Shown one piece after another: positions 26,609-39,793 of a stretch of DNA of 64,000 nucleotides (the stretch's first letter is position 1; every line of letters begins with the position of its first letter). Source of the stretch: Octopus sinensis (taxonomy: Eukaryota). The DNA is taken from NCBI RefSeq assembly GCF_006345805.1, contig NC_043009.1:50654001-50718000 (forward strand), written 5' to 3'. The notes below the pieces were generated by a model that ran no database searches, was not told where the DNA came from, and saw only the letters and a program-made list of their open reading frames with translations. Made by a program: the position numbers and the translations under genes.

Positions 26609-27206
26609 CTATCAAACTATAAATTTTAGCAAAAAATAATACATAACCAAGCTAAATAAGAAAAAAAAGACACCGACCAAAAAGAAAAAAAAAACATTTC
26701 AAAATATCCATTGTATTTCATTTAATAATAAAATCTGATGCTTTTTATAGGTTATACTCAAAAAGTATAATCTAAGGTTTTAAAAGTACATTTTACAAGA
26801 TATTCTATATCTACTTCATTTGCCTCTAGTTGCTGTGAAAAAGAATTTTCTAAGAATAAGATTTACCTAATGATGAGGAATGTGAATATGGAAAAGAGAT
26901 AAATTTATTATATTGACTCAACTTAACTTCTTGTTTGTTGGTTTAAATTGAACCAGCAGTGCTTATTAGCTCTTTAAACCTGTCTAGACAGAGAAATGGT
27001 TAGTTCTAAGTGAAGTAAACTGGTACTGCTAAAAATGAGTAAAAATGCTTAATGTTGTCTGAACTGAGTCAATGTAAAGATGACAAACAGAAGAGTAGCA
27101 ACTGGAATTGAACAACATTAAATGGAATGTAATAAGAACCAGTATATCAGAGGAGGAGTAAATTAAATGAGCAGACAGTAAGTAGAAATGAGTCTATAGC
27201 GAATAG

Positions 27207-27594
27207 TGGAGGCACAATGGCCCAGTGGTTAGGGCAGCGAACTCGCGGTCATAGGATCGCGGTTTCGATTCTCAGGTCGGGCGTTGTGAGTGTTTATTGA
27301 GCGAAAACACCTAAAAGCTCCACGAGGCGCCGGCAGGGGATGGCGGTGATCCCTGCTGTACTCTTTCACTACAACTTTCTCTCACTCTTACTTCCTGTTT
27401 CTGTTGTACCTGTACTTCAAGGGGCCGGCCTTGTCACTCTCTGTGTCACACTGAATATCCCCGAGAATTACGTTAAGGGTATACGTGTCTGTGGAGTGCT
27501 CAGCCCCTTACACGTTAATTTCACGAGCAGGCTGTTCCGTTGATTCGGATCAACCGGAACCCTCATCATCGTAACCGACGGAGTGCTTCCATCC
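27207..27594 (+). mobile_element. SINE with a different tRNA-like head but the family B 3' body
   Basis: A box TGGCCCAGTGG, B-box-like GTTTCGATTC; 3' half matches family B; 11-bp TSD ATAGCGAATAG at 27196-27206 and 27595-27605. Confidence 0.88.
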
Positions 27595-27649
27595 ATAGCG
27601 AATAGCAAATGAAGTTTACTTTGAGCAGCAGTCTGAGTAGTACATCTTT

Positions 27650-28040
27650 TATCATCTACTCGTTTTAGTCATGAGACTGCAGCCATGCTGAAGCACCACC
27701 TTGAATTTTTAGTAGAATGAATCAACCCCAGTACTTATACTTATTTTTCAAGACTCTATCAGTCTCTTTTGCTGAATTGCTAAGTTACATGATGCAAACA
27801 CACCAACACCTGTTGTCAAGCAGTGGTTGGGGAACAAATACAGAGACAGAAAGACACACACACACACACACACATAGATATACATATGCATATATAAAAG
27901 TATGATGGGTTTCTTTCAGTTTTCGTCTACCAAATCCACTCACAAGGCTTTGGTCAGCCAGAGGCTATAGTAGAAAACACTTGCCCAAGGTGTCATGCAG
28001 TGGGAGTGATCCCAGAACCATGTATAGTCATGCCTGCACC
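27650..28040 (-). mobile_element. Degenerate SINE family A-related copy
   Basis: Recognisable ccaaatccactcacaaggctttgg and acttgcccaaggtg; CpG-to-TpG changes. Confidence 0.75.
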
Positions 28041-28819
28041 TACAGAAAGACATGAGTGAAGGTATATATCAAAAGTTGATCTCATTGACTGTAAAGTTAT
28101 GATTATGGAAGGCTAACAAATTACAGGCAAAAATACCCTTTTTCCCCATTTCCCTAAACTCCATGTAGAAGTAGTATCTGTTTTTTTGCTAGCATGCAGA
28201 AGCAAAGAGCATAATCATATCTACTTTATGTAGAAATTAACACTTCCCTAATTTTACATTTTTTAATTCTTTATTTTTCTTTATTTTTTTTATTGTTAAC
28301 AACAGTCAGGAATTCTGAAGCAGTGTAAATGTAAAGGAAAAAAAGTCTTGTAGTGTATCACTTTGATAAGTGTATATCAAAAAGAAAGAAAAAACAAAAG
28401 AACATGTATTCTGATACTTTGTACATGAACCGTTGGAAAGATTTCTTGTGAACAATAAAAAAAAAAAAATATTCTAAAGAATAGTTATATATAAAACAGA
28501 TTTTATATCTAAATAAACAATAGTGTTGGCATGTACTGGGATCTTTAATTATAGACAGGATAAACTGACACAATTTAATTTAATACTTATAATGAACAAG
28601 GGGGGAAAAAGAAAGGAAAAAAACAGTGAAATAACTAAACTTGTCACAAGATCGTTTTCATGTCAAGGAATGAAGCAAGTTGCATTTTTGTTATGACCAT
28701 GGGTGGGGCTGTTGACAAGTTACATGCAAGCATGCATCACAAATTCAAACCATATTTCTTCTTTATTGACAGAGCATTCAGAATCCTATATTGGAGATTT
28801 TAGCAATCGTCATTCTTAC

Positions 28820-29032
28820 CATAGCTCTATTGCTATATTGAGATATTATAGCCACCAATACTAGCACTGCTTGGGTTACTATACTGGAAAACTTAATGGT
28901 AGACTTAGTCACAACAAGCACCATTTCAAAAATTTTAAATGAACTTACATGTGGATTTGATAGGCTTTCTTTTTTTTTTCTATCTTTTTGGAGTGTTGGA
29001 TTCAAACATTGCAATTCTATATCATTCTTTCT
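28820..29032 (-). CDS. Candidate internal coding exon with hydrophobic segment
   Basis: ctag acceptor; 213 nt open in phase 0-0 (RKNDIELQCLNPTLQKDRKKKESLSNPHVSSFKIFEMVLVVTKSTIKFSSIVTQAVLVLVAIISQYSNRAM); strong ATG|gtaaga donor; antisense frame nearly open. An internal ttccag acceptor at 28884 is an alternative. Confidence 0.4.
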
Positions 29033-31672
29033 CTAGTTTGACAGTTAAGAAAAATTGTCATAGTTTTAACTTTTTGAAACTGTTTTGTTCACTCTAGGGA
29101 ATTTATTATTGGACTTAGTAACTTGTTCATAGTAACACAAAGAAATATCTTTTTATCTGATTTCACAAACATTTTATAAATGTTTAAAGAATTTTATTTT
29201 TTCCAACACATATAATAAAAGAAATAATAATTTTTGAAGTGCATGTCTTTAAAACTTTTCTCAGAAATGTTTGGCAGGCTTTTGCAGTTTCTATCTACCA
29301 AATTCCACTCATAAAGCATTGGTTAACACCACACTGTAGAAGAAGACATTTGTTCAAGGTGCTGAGCAGTGTATTCGAACCTGGAACCACATGTTTACTA
29401 AGCAACTTTCTCGATCACACAACCATACCTACATCCACAAGCTTCATTTTAGTTTCCAAACAGAATTTCCTCTACCTGTAAGATGCTTCATAAAAATATT
29501 AAATTGAAGCCCACGACCTAGAACTCGACTGGCATTTTATTTTTTTTCAATTTAGAAATGCTGAAAGTAGAGTTGACCTTAGTAAGATTTGAACTGAGAA
29601 TATAAAGGATAACTAAATACCAAAAGTATTTTAAGTAATGCTGTACAGATTCTCCCCTCACGAAGTAAAAATGTGCAGGCTTCTGTTACTGCAGTCTATA
29701 TTATTTCAACACATGTCTTGTGTACCTTTCAAGGTTTGTTTCAAGTTGAAAGTGCAATGTCTTAAAAGTAGAAAGAACAAGAGAAAAAGGATTCAAAACA
29801 AAATGTATATAACTTAAGTGTGTATATACATGACAGTGTATTTATATGTGTGATTATATACACTTTGTGTGTGACTGTGAGTGTATATGTATGACTAAGT
29901 ACGTGTATATGTATATTACAATAGTGTGAAGAGTAGTAGCATAACTCAATTTTCTGCACACAAGATTTGATAAAAAATTATTGTAAACTGCATGCAGGTA
30001 ATGTATTTATAATGAAAACACATTTATTAAAATATTATTATAAACATTGTTCTGCATTCCCAGTAAGCCGTGTTAGAAGTGCAATGCACACCTATCACAG
30101 CATAAGTATCCATCCCCTAAATTCTTAGACACAAGAGAATGCCTTCCAGGAAATTGATTAAGACGAAGGGTGTGATAGTAAAATGTAAAGAATATCATTT
30201 AATTTGAAAACATGTCAACAAATGTTACAGTATTTTCTCACTAGAAATATAAGAAAACAAAAGATTTTCAGAATTTTCCATTGGAACATTAGTCATAATA
30301 AGAATCTAAATTAGCAACCAAAACCTTGATAGCATTCTGAACGATGGCTTCATTACATATGTTTGAGACGAGCAAGCTGAGACAGACAGACAAACAGACA
30401 TACAGACAGATAGATAGATAGATAGATAGCGCAATAGGGGAGAGAGCATAAAAACATTGTGGGGTGGCTAGATGAGAAGGAGAAGGAGAAAACCTATAGG
30501 GAAAACGAATGAGAGGAGAAAGAGAAAAAAAGGTAATTAAATAATTTTGCAGGAATCAAAAGTGAAAAGTGTATAAAGCAAAAGTGTATAAAAGGAGTTT
30601 ATGAATATGCAAAAAAAAAAACAAAAAAATTTTGATAAAGAAATAAAAAAAACAGAATTAAAAACAAGACGTGCCATGCTTTTTGTTGTAGCAGTTCTCA
30701 TTTTTGTATTTCAAATTGGAAATGTTGATATCAATTATATTTTGCACATGCATGTGTGTGCATATGTGTGTGCATATGTGTGTGCATTTCAACCTTTGTT
30801 TCAATTTGCAAGTGGATGCTTGAATATGTATGTACAAATGTATGTATGTATTTATGTTTGCATGTATGTACATGAATGTGTGTTTGTGTGTATGTGTGAG
30901 TGGTCTTTCAAATAATCCCTTTAATTAAGAGGTTGAATACACTCCTTTCCTGCTTTCTGTTTTCTTTTATTTGTTGTTGTTATTATTATCATTGTTGTTG
31001 TTGTTGTTATTAACATTATTTTTTTTTTCTTATGGTTTTCCTTTTGGTGAAGGGGGTGGTTAACCACAAGACAGTGAATGTGAACGGATGGTTAGTAGCT
31101 ATTCAAAATCTTTGATCCGAACGCTAACTTGGAAGCTAATGCAATATCTGAAATCGATTCCATGTGCATCATCAAGCAAAACATTACCTCTTCTATGTAA
31201 CAGGTAGAGAGTGAGAGAGAGAGAGAGATTGAAAGAGAAAGATAGACAGAGGGACAGAAGAGGGAGGGAGGGAGGGAGGGAGAGAGAGAGAATGAGATGG
31301 CAGATCACAAAAATAGAAGGAAATGGAGACTTCAAGAAAGACAGAAACAGGAAGCTGAGAAAAGGGAATAAAAGCAGGTATTCTTTACAATCACTATTAC
31401 TACTACTTCTACTACTACTTCTACTACTACTACTAGTACTACTACTCAGAAAAAGATAATGAAAGAATCCATGATAGAAAAACATAAAATAAAATGATTG
31501 GAATATACTACAAAGATCATAAACATCATTGAAGGAAGTTCAAGAACATAGCTTAGAATATAAGAAAACATGGGTGTGTTGTGATAAACACACAGACAAA
31601 TACAAAACACACAGACAAGCTTAATTTCATAAATATATGTATCTGAGTGAGACTGTATATATATATATATAT

Positions 31673-31994
31673 GAGGGCGCGTGGCTTAGTGGTTAGGGCA
31701 TTCGGCTCATGATCGTAAGGTTGTGAGTTCGATTCCCGGCGACGCGTTGTGTCCTTGAGCAAGACACTTTATTTCATGTTGCTCCAGTCCACTCAGCTGG
31801 CAAAAATGAGTTGTACTTGTATTTCAAAGGGTCAGCCTTGTCACTCTCTGTGTCACGCTGATTATCCCCGAGAACTACGTTAAGGGTACACGTGTCTGTG
31901 GAATGCTCAGCCATTTGCACGTTAATTTCACGAGCAAGCTGTTCCGTTGATCGTATCAGCTGGGACCCTCGTCGTCATAACTGGCGGAGTCTTT
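31673..31994 (+). mobile_element. SINE family B, inserted in (TA)n
   Basis: Near-identical to 1757-2063. Confidence 0.9.
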
Positions 31995-32236
31995 AATATA
32001 TATATATATATATATATATATTGATGAAAGAGTGACAGTGTGACAGTGAGTGAGGGACGGAAAGTGATAGTGAATGGAAAAGAAAGGAAGAGAGTTAGTG
32101 AGAGTAAGATAGAGAATATATCTGTGAGTGTGCTTGCAAGCAGAAAGTGTTATCTATATGTGCAGCTCCATAATAGTGCATGCATTTTCATATTTAGTAT
32201 TTGTAAGACAGATTTATAAATTAGATGATATGTATA

Positions 32237-32500
32237 TCATCATCATCATCATCATCATCGTTTAACGTCTGCTTTCCATGCTAGCATGGGTTGAACAATT
32301 TGATTGAGGTCTGGCAAACCAGATGGCTGCACCAGGCTCCATTCTGATCAGGCAGAGTTTCTACAGTTAGATGCCTTTCCTAACGCCAACCACTCCGAGA
32401 GTGTAGTAGATGCTTTTACGTACCACCGGCACGAGGGCCAGTCAGGTGGTACTGGCAACGCCCACACTCAAATGATGCTTTTTATGTGCCACCTGCACAG
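32237..32500 (-). mobile_element. SINE/LINE 3' end with (GAT)n tail, RTE-type (family D)
   Basis: Minus strand ends gcatggaaagcagacgttaaacgatgatgatg; related plus-strand fragment at about 41950-42100. Confidence 0.65.
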
Positions 32501-32820
32501 ATATACACAGATATATATAGCCACACCATTTGAGTGTGCAGCTAGAGAAATAAAACCACACCCCTATCTATCTTTCTAAGGCAATCTGTGAGTAAAGCAT
32601 GCCATTGGCTTTTTACCAACTCTGTTTACCACTCCCCATTTCTAATTCTTAAAATGTACATCTCTCTCCTAGCCTGGTTTATTTTGCACTATTCATTATA
32701 GCAGATGATCTTCCACTGAACTGCTTCATGTACTTGAAGAGAAAGGACACTAGCTTGTTGCAAATCATTCATAATTTTATGTAAAAGGGACCCAGTATTT
32801 AAAAAAAAAAAAAGCTGTAT

Positions 32821-33243
32821 AGGCGCAGGAGTGGCTGCGTGGTAAGTAGCTTGCTTACCAACCACATGGCTCTGGGTTCAGTCCCACTGCGTGGCATCTT
32901 GGGCAAGTGTCTTCTACTATAGCCTCGGGCCAACCAAAGCCATGTGAGTGGATTTGGTAGACAGAAACTGAAAGAAGCCCGTCGTATATATGTATGTATA
33001 TATATATGTGTGTGTTTATGTTTGTGTGTCTGTGTTTGTCCACCTAGCATTGCTTGACAACCAATGCTGGTGTGTTTACGTCCCCGTCACTTCGCAGTTT
33101 GGGAAAAAAGAGACTGATAGAATAAGTACTGGGCTTACAAAGAATAAGTCCTGGGGTCGATTTGCTCGACTAAAGGCGGTGCTCCAGCATGGCCGCAGTC
33201 AAATGACTGAAACAAGTAAAAGAGTAAAAGAGAGTAAAGAGTA
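32821..33243 (+). mobile_element. SINE family A, full length
   Basis: Aligns with other family A copies. Confidence 0.9.
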
Positions 33244-33544
33244 ATCAACTAATTCTTCTATTCCTTTCATTTACATTCTTGATTATTGCATAATAAGCAA
33301 CATTTGTTGCTTTTTGTAATGGAGTCAAATAGCATATGTCATCTTATCGGAATTTACTGTCTGATCTTGATATGGGATGAAGTGTATTTGATGCATTGAT
33401 TGATTGATTGATAAACTTCATTTATCAATCATCAAGTCAACTGTGTTTTTTTTATACAAGGATTGTTTATGCTGCAAACTAACCAACTGTTTTTATCAAG
33501 ATCACTGGACAGATACTGCAACATTATCATTATGATGTATACAT

Positions 33545-33582
<38 letters not shown>

Positions 33583-33591
33583 GTGCATGCA

Positions 33592-34446
33592 TGAAGTGGT
33601 ATCAAAAAGTTCTTGGACTAGTTATGTTTAATAAAAACAACTTATTTACCTATGTTTTAACATTATCTTCGAAATGATCACCTTGCACAGCAATACCCCA
33701 GTTCCAGTGTTTCTGCCACTTTTGGAATCTGGCCCGAAAGACGTTTCCATAAGCAAGTTGTGGACCTTCTGTGATTCACTCTGGATCTTGATAATGGTGT
33801 TAAAACAATGATCTTTGAGCTGCATTTTCATCTTGGGGAAGAGAGGGAAGGCTGCTAAATCTGGTGAAGAGGATGGGTACAGAAAGAAGTGATACCATTT
33901 CGTTTTTGGCGAAAAACTCATGAGTGAGGAGAGATCAATTACGGGGTGCATTTTCACTGTGAAGAATCCAGTTCTTCATGCTCTACAGATCCAGTCACTT
34001 TCGCCAAATGTCCTCAAACACTCTAAAACATCGTAGCAGAACTTTTGATTAACACTCATATTAAAAAAAAAGAAATTGATGAGCACGTGCTTCATTAAAC
34101 TGCAGCTTTGTCATGTGCTTTTGAAGTGTCCAAGCCACTCAGAACAATGTGTGCAACACGTTGCGACATCACTGTAAGCTTACCAAAACAGGCTTAAAGT
34201 CTCTGTAATGCAAAATTTCAAGTTGGCTCTTAGTTCCAACTTCCTATCCATGACAAAAGTTGCAGACTACAGCATACACGTGATCACAAAAATACAAATT
34301 TCATAACTTGCAAAGTAAACATGGTGATGTCACTCAACACACTGCCTCATGAAGGTCACTGCTAGCTCTCACTGTGCACTCAACTGTGTGCTGCCATCTG
34401 TTGGCATGCTACAGAACTAGTCCGGAAACTTTTTGATACCACCTCA
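33592..34446 (-). mobile_element. Decayed mariner (Tc1/mariner) transposon, internally deleted
   Basis: TIRs (t)gaagtggtatcaaaaagttcttggactag / ctagtccggaaactttttgataccacctca; minus ORF has YPSSSPDLAAFPLFPKMKMQLK, matching the mariner YSPDLAPxDF.LFPK motif; TA at the right end. Confidence 0.88.
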
Positions 34447-34502
34447 TATCTATCTATCTATCTATCTATCTCTCTATCTATCTATCTCTCTATCTATCTA
34501 TC

Positions 34503-34551
<49 letters not shown>

Positions 34552-34572
34552 CATACACACACACATACACAA

Positions 34573-34608
<36 letters not shown>

Positions 34609-36559
34609 TGCATTCTGAATTATTCACATAGATACGGTCAAATCTCTAATTAAATTAAATTTGGACTTCTTATTGAATACTTTCACTGAAAAGTACCTCA
34701 TGTTTAAATGGCTTCAGATATGAATTGTGAAGCACATCTGTATTATTTATATTATGTATCTAACTACATATACAGATGTAATGATATAGTTGTAGATATA
34801 TAATGTCAAAATTATTTCTATATTTAGAAGAAAGACTTTTATCATATAGTCTGCCAGAATACCTTATATAACTGGTGATGTATATTAAAGCTGGTGTCTT
34901 GAAAAAACACAAACAATTTTTCCATTTACATTTTTTTTTTGTAAAAAGAAAAAGCAAGCTTTTTTTCTTTTAACAAACTGAGACTAAATATATTTCTTTA
35001 AAATACAATTTTCAAATGTCAATCTTTTCTCCATAATTTCAATATTTTCACATTACAGTAACAAACAGAAAGCAATGATACAATAGTTTTCTAGTGGGAA
35101 AATAACATCAGTGACAAGGCAAAATTATATAAGGATAATTGTCCAGAAAATGAAATTGAACCAGCTACTGTCTTTATAAGATATAATTTAAGAAGTAAAT
35201 TTGGTATCAAATTTTGTATGCATAACCTCTCCACTGGATATAATGTTGTCTACTGCAGGCTATTTAGCTCTAAGACATTGTACCATTAAAGTATTCTAGT
35301 GGTGTGTACCTTGGACTACATCATCAAATGTGTCCTTTGATTTAAAATGGTAAGCCATAATGTGTGAAAAGGTATATGTCTGCTATTTGTAGCAGGTTGA
35401 GCAATTTCATTGCAGTATCCTACTTGACATATTTATTGCAGATGATATTCTTAGTTGGTCTGGTACATATTTCAGACAAGGTAAAATGGAGTAGTGGAAG
35501 ATGAACACTAAAGTGTTCTGATCAGAAACAACAAAACACATACAGAACATTTGAACACCCGAATATATTGCAGACTTCAATTTTGTTTTGAGTGTTTTTT
35601 TTTTTTTTAACTTTAACTTTCATGCTCTTACACAAATCACAAACTTTTAAAACATTTCTAAAATATGATTAAACTGCTATATAGCACTGATAAACTTGTA
35701 TGTAAGTAATAAAGATGAAAACAATAATAACAATATCGACAAATAATACAGAAACACAAAAAGTGAATAAGTAAAGTTTTAAAGGTGAAAGTGAAATTTG
35801 AAAAGACAATAAAGTACAGTTGCTGTGTATTATTATTTCAGAGACTACAATTAAATAAACATTACTACTGATTAAGCAGTGCAGCAAAAAATAATAAAAT
35901 AATGAAAAACACACTTAACAAATGCAACAGACAAAATCTTTACAGTCTATTCTATATGCAGTATTGTTCACACAGGATGCCACACATTGTCGATGCTAGC
36001 TTAAGTACAAAGACTAGACATATGATAAACTTTCTAAAAAATAAACAAAAATAAGACTTAAAAATTATGAACAAAAATTACAAGATTTTCCCGGAGACAA
36101 TGAAATCTTTAAAATCACCTATTAACACTAATATTTAATTTCTTTTATTGCTATTGTTTAATTTTTAACTCTTTTGAAAATGCTTTGCTTATCTTCTGGC
36201 AGACAAGATGAACAGAAACTCAAAAATATCTATGTTCTTCCAGAATATTCAGTAATCATTTGGAACTTCAAACCTGTACAGCCAAGATAAGAGGGTTATT
36301 TTTTTTCTATTTTCTTCGTTTAAAAAAAATATGCAATGTAAGAGATAAGAGAAACTGTTTAACAAAACTGAAATAAAGTTTAAAAAGAACTTGTTAAAAA
36401 CATTTGAATTGAATTTAATTAAATGTCATAAAATTACATCTTTGTTATCAAGTCTTTCATCACTACACATTATCAAGTCTAAAATCACTTTGATTGCTTA
36501 TATTTTATGTAAGTGTTGCTATGAGAGGCTTCTGAATATGGAGAATGCATGGAAGTCTG

Positions 36560-37230
36560 CCCAAAGTTGAAAACAATAGAGGGACCAGCCGTACTGTTCA
36601 CAGCAGTATGGAAGACAGAGTGACAAAAAATATGAAAGCAGAGAAAGCCTCTGGTTAATCAGGATTTGTTACTCAGATGCTTAAAATATCTGGAAGAGTA
36701 GGGCACAGGATTGTCCCCAACATAGTCATTCATGTTATACAGGAAGGTATTGTACACAAGGACTAAACATAGCAGCTGTAAGGACAAGGAGAAGCATTTG
36801 AGAGAAAAAATTACATCTATCAAATTGTTGCACTATGTTATGAAAGTTATTGAAATAATTATAGCTTAATTGATTAAGGAGAGAATTAGCCTAGGTAACA
36901 TGCCATTCAGTCTTGTACCAAGAAGTACGATAATTGCCAACTTCTAAGTGACACAACTGCAGGAGAAATTCTAAACAGGAATTAAAAGTCACTGTACTAA
37001 GCAATTTTTCAATATAAAGAAGACTTTTGACAAGATTCTACGTTCTACATGCATAGGGAGGATGACAGTTGAATAAAATGCACAGAGCTCAAAGTGGATG
37101 GAATGTTTGAAAGTGAGAGACCAAGGAAGGCAAAAGATAAAACCATGAAGACTGATTTCAAGATGCTGAGATGGAAAAGGACCAAGACAACGAGAAAACT
37201 CAATGTTTGAGTATGGCAAACACAAACACA
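36560..37230 (+). pseudogene. Old LINE (RTE-like) remnant
   Basis: Scrambled resemblance to the 23.7-24.9 kb element; no intact motif. Confidence 0.35.
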
Positions 37231-37254
37231 GAAAATAGTAGCAGTGGCATGTAT

Positions 37255-37450
37255 TTACTCTCTTTTACTTGTTTCAGTCATTTTGACTGTGGCCATGCTG
37301 GAGCACCGCCTTTAGTCGGGCAAATCGACCCCGGTACTTATTCTTTATAAGCCCAGTACTTATTCTATCGGTCTCTTTTGCCAAACTGCTAAGTGATGAG
37401 GACGTAAACACACCAGCATCGGTTGTCAAGCAATGCTAGGGGGACAAACG

Positions 37451-37488
<38 letters not shown>

Positions 37489-37497
37489 ACAGGCTTC
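37255..37497 (-). mobile_element. SINE family A, 3' half
   Basis: Reverse complement of the family A tail and body. Confidence 0.85.
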
Positions 37498-38488
37498 TGT
37501 ATGCTGAGAAGTGTAATAAACACACACACATATTTGGTTCCCTCTCTTAATATGTTACTCTTAAGCTTACATCAATTGCCTCCCTGCCTCCTTGACACCT
37601 TCTCATCTCTGTTATTCATCCTCTTAGTAACTGTCAGTTTTACTAAAGATGACATATTTCTCTTATTCACCGCACCATATTACCTGCATAACCAGGGATG
37701 ATATTGGACCTATTTGTATTCAATTCTCACCAACACTGCCACCTTTCTTATTTGACTCACTTATAAAATTTATGTATAAAGGTTTGCATTAGATTTTTTA
37801 GTACCATCATATACTCTACTATCATCATCTTTGTATGCCAGTCATCACTCCCTCTCATCCAGGCCACTTGTAATGACTAACTCTTGCCATTGTCTACTTC
37901 TATTACAATTGAGTACTCCCTATCCTTCTATACTACAATCTCCAATTACTGTCTTTACCATCATACACTTTCTCCTTTCACTTGCCCATCCTAGTTTTTC
38001 TATCATTGCTCTCTCTCCCTCTATCTTCTAGGTCAATAGGTCAATTAAAGCAGCAAAAAGAAACACATTGAGGAGTAGTGAAGTCACTTTAGTTTTACAG
38101 GATACAAGGTATCTTCACTAGAACTGGTACCGCAGTACATTCTGTAAAGTGGCTGGTGAACAAGTGGTGACGATGTAGGATTGAGAAAACTATATAGTCT
38201 TGCCAAGGATCAGACAACACTTCTACCAGTAGTACCACAATAAAATGCACCCAGTAAACTCAAAGTAGTTGGTGTTAGGAAGGGTATCCAGACATAGAAA
38301 GCATGTCAAAGTAAATATACCACTGCTCATACCTAGGAAGTTAAACCCTGAAAATCTAGAGGCTCAGATTGTGACATCCAGCCCAAGCCAGCAAGGAATG
38401 CAAACATATGATGATGATGATGATGATGATGATGACAATGATGATTGTGATGATGGCGGTGGTGGTGGCAGTTTTGGTGGTGATGATG

Positions 38489-38490
<2 letters not shown>

Positions 38491-38520
<30 letters not shown>

Positions 38521-39793
38521 AATGGGGTCGATGAAATAAGTACCAGTGAAACACTGGGGGTCAATGTAATCGACTAGTCCCCTGCCCCCAAATTTCAGGC
38601 TTTGTGCCTATAGCAGAAAGGATTATTATTATTATTATTATTATTATTACAATGGGGTCGATGAAATAAGTACCAGTGAAACACTGGGGTCAATGTAATC
38701 GACTAGTCCCCTGCCCCCAAATTTCAGGCTTTGTGCCTATAGCAGAAGGATTATTATTATTATTATTATTATTATTACAATGGGGTCGATGAAATAGTAC
38801 CAGTGAAACACTGGGGTCAATGTAATCGACTAGTCCCCTGCCCCCAAATTTCAGGCTTTGTGCCTATAGCAGAAAGGATTATTATTATTATTATTATTAT
38901 TACAATGGGGTCGATGAAATAAGTACCAGTGAAACACTGGGGTCAATGTAATCGACTAGTCCCCTGCCCCCAAATTTCAGGCTTTGTGCCTATAGCAAAG
39001 GATTATTATTATTATTATTATTATTATTACAATGGGGTCGATGAAATAAGTACCAGTGAAACACTGGGGTCAATGTAATCGACTAGTCCCCTGCCCCCCC
39101 AAATTTCAGGCTTTGTGCCTATAGCAAAAGGATTATTATTATTATTATTATTATTATTACAATGGGGTCGATGAAATAAGTACCAGTGAAACACTGGGGT
39201 CAATGTAATCGACTAGTCCCCTGCCCCCAAATTTCAGGCTTTGTGCCTATAGCAGAAAGGATTATTATTATTATTATTATTATTATTACAATGGGGTCGA
39301 TGAAATAAGTACCAGTGAAACACTGGGGTCAATGTAATCGACTAGTCCCCTGCCCCCAAATTTCAGGCTTTGTGCCTATAGCAGAAAGGATTATTATTAT
39401 TATTATTATTATTATTACAATGGGGTCGATGAAATAAGTACCAGTGAAACACTGGGGGTCAATGTAATCGACTAGTCCCCTGCCCCCAAATTTCAGGCTT
39501 TGTGCCTATAGCAGAAAGGATTATTATTATTATTATTATTATTATTACAATGGGGTCGATGAAATAAGTACCAGTGAAACACTGGGGTCAATGTAATCGA
39601 CTAGTCCCCTGCCCCCAAATTTCAGGCTTTGTGCCTATAGCAGAAAGGATTATTATTATTATTATTATTATTATTACAATGGGGTCGATGAAATAAGTAC
39701 CAGTGAAACACTGGGGTCAATGTAATCGACTAGTCCCCTGCCCCCAAATTTCAGGCTTTGTGCCTATAGCAGAAAGGATTATTATTATTATTA
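38491..39793 (+). repeat. Tandem array, 10 units of about 129 bp, derived from the SINE family C 3' half plus (ATT)n tail
   Basis: Unit core AATGGGGTCG starts at 38521, 38651, 38779, 38904, 39031, 39161, 39290, 39419, 39549 and 39678. Confidence 0.97.

Noticed and set aside
28770-29035. Plus-strand frame SIQNPILEILAIVILTIALLLY*DIIAT.. as a selenoprotein or readthrough ORF
   Set aside because: It is the antisense of the minus-strand candidate exon (the TGA mirrors a TCA); no SECIS or donor support.
38491-39793. CRISPR-like regular array
   Set aside because: Units are contiguous and identical with no unique spacers, derive from a SINE, and there are no cas genes; the DNA is eukaryotic.
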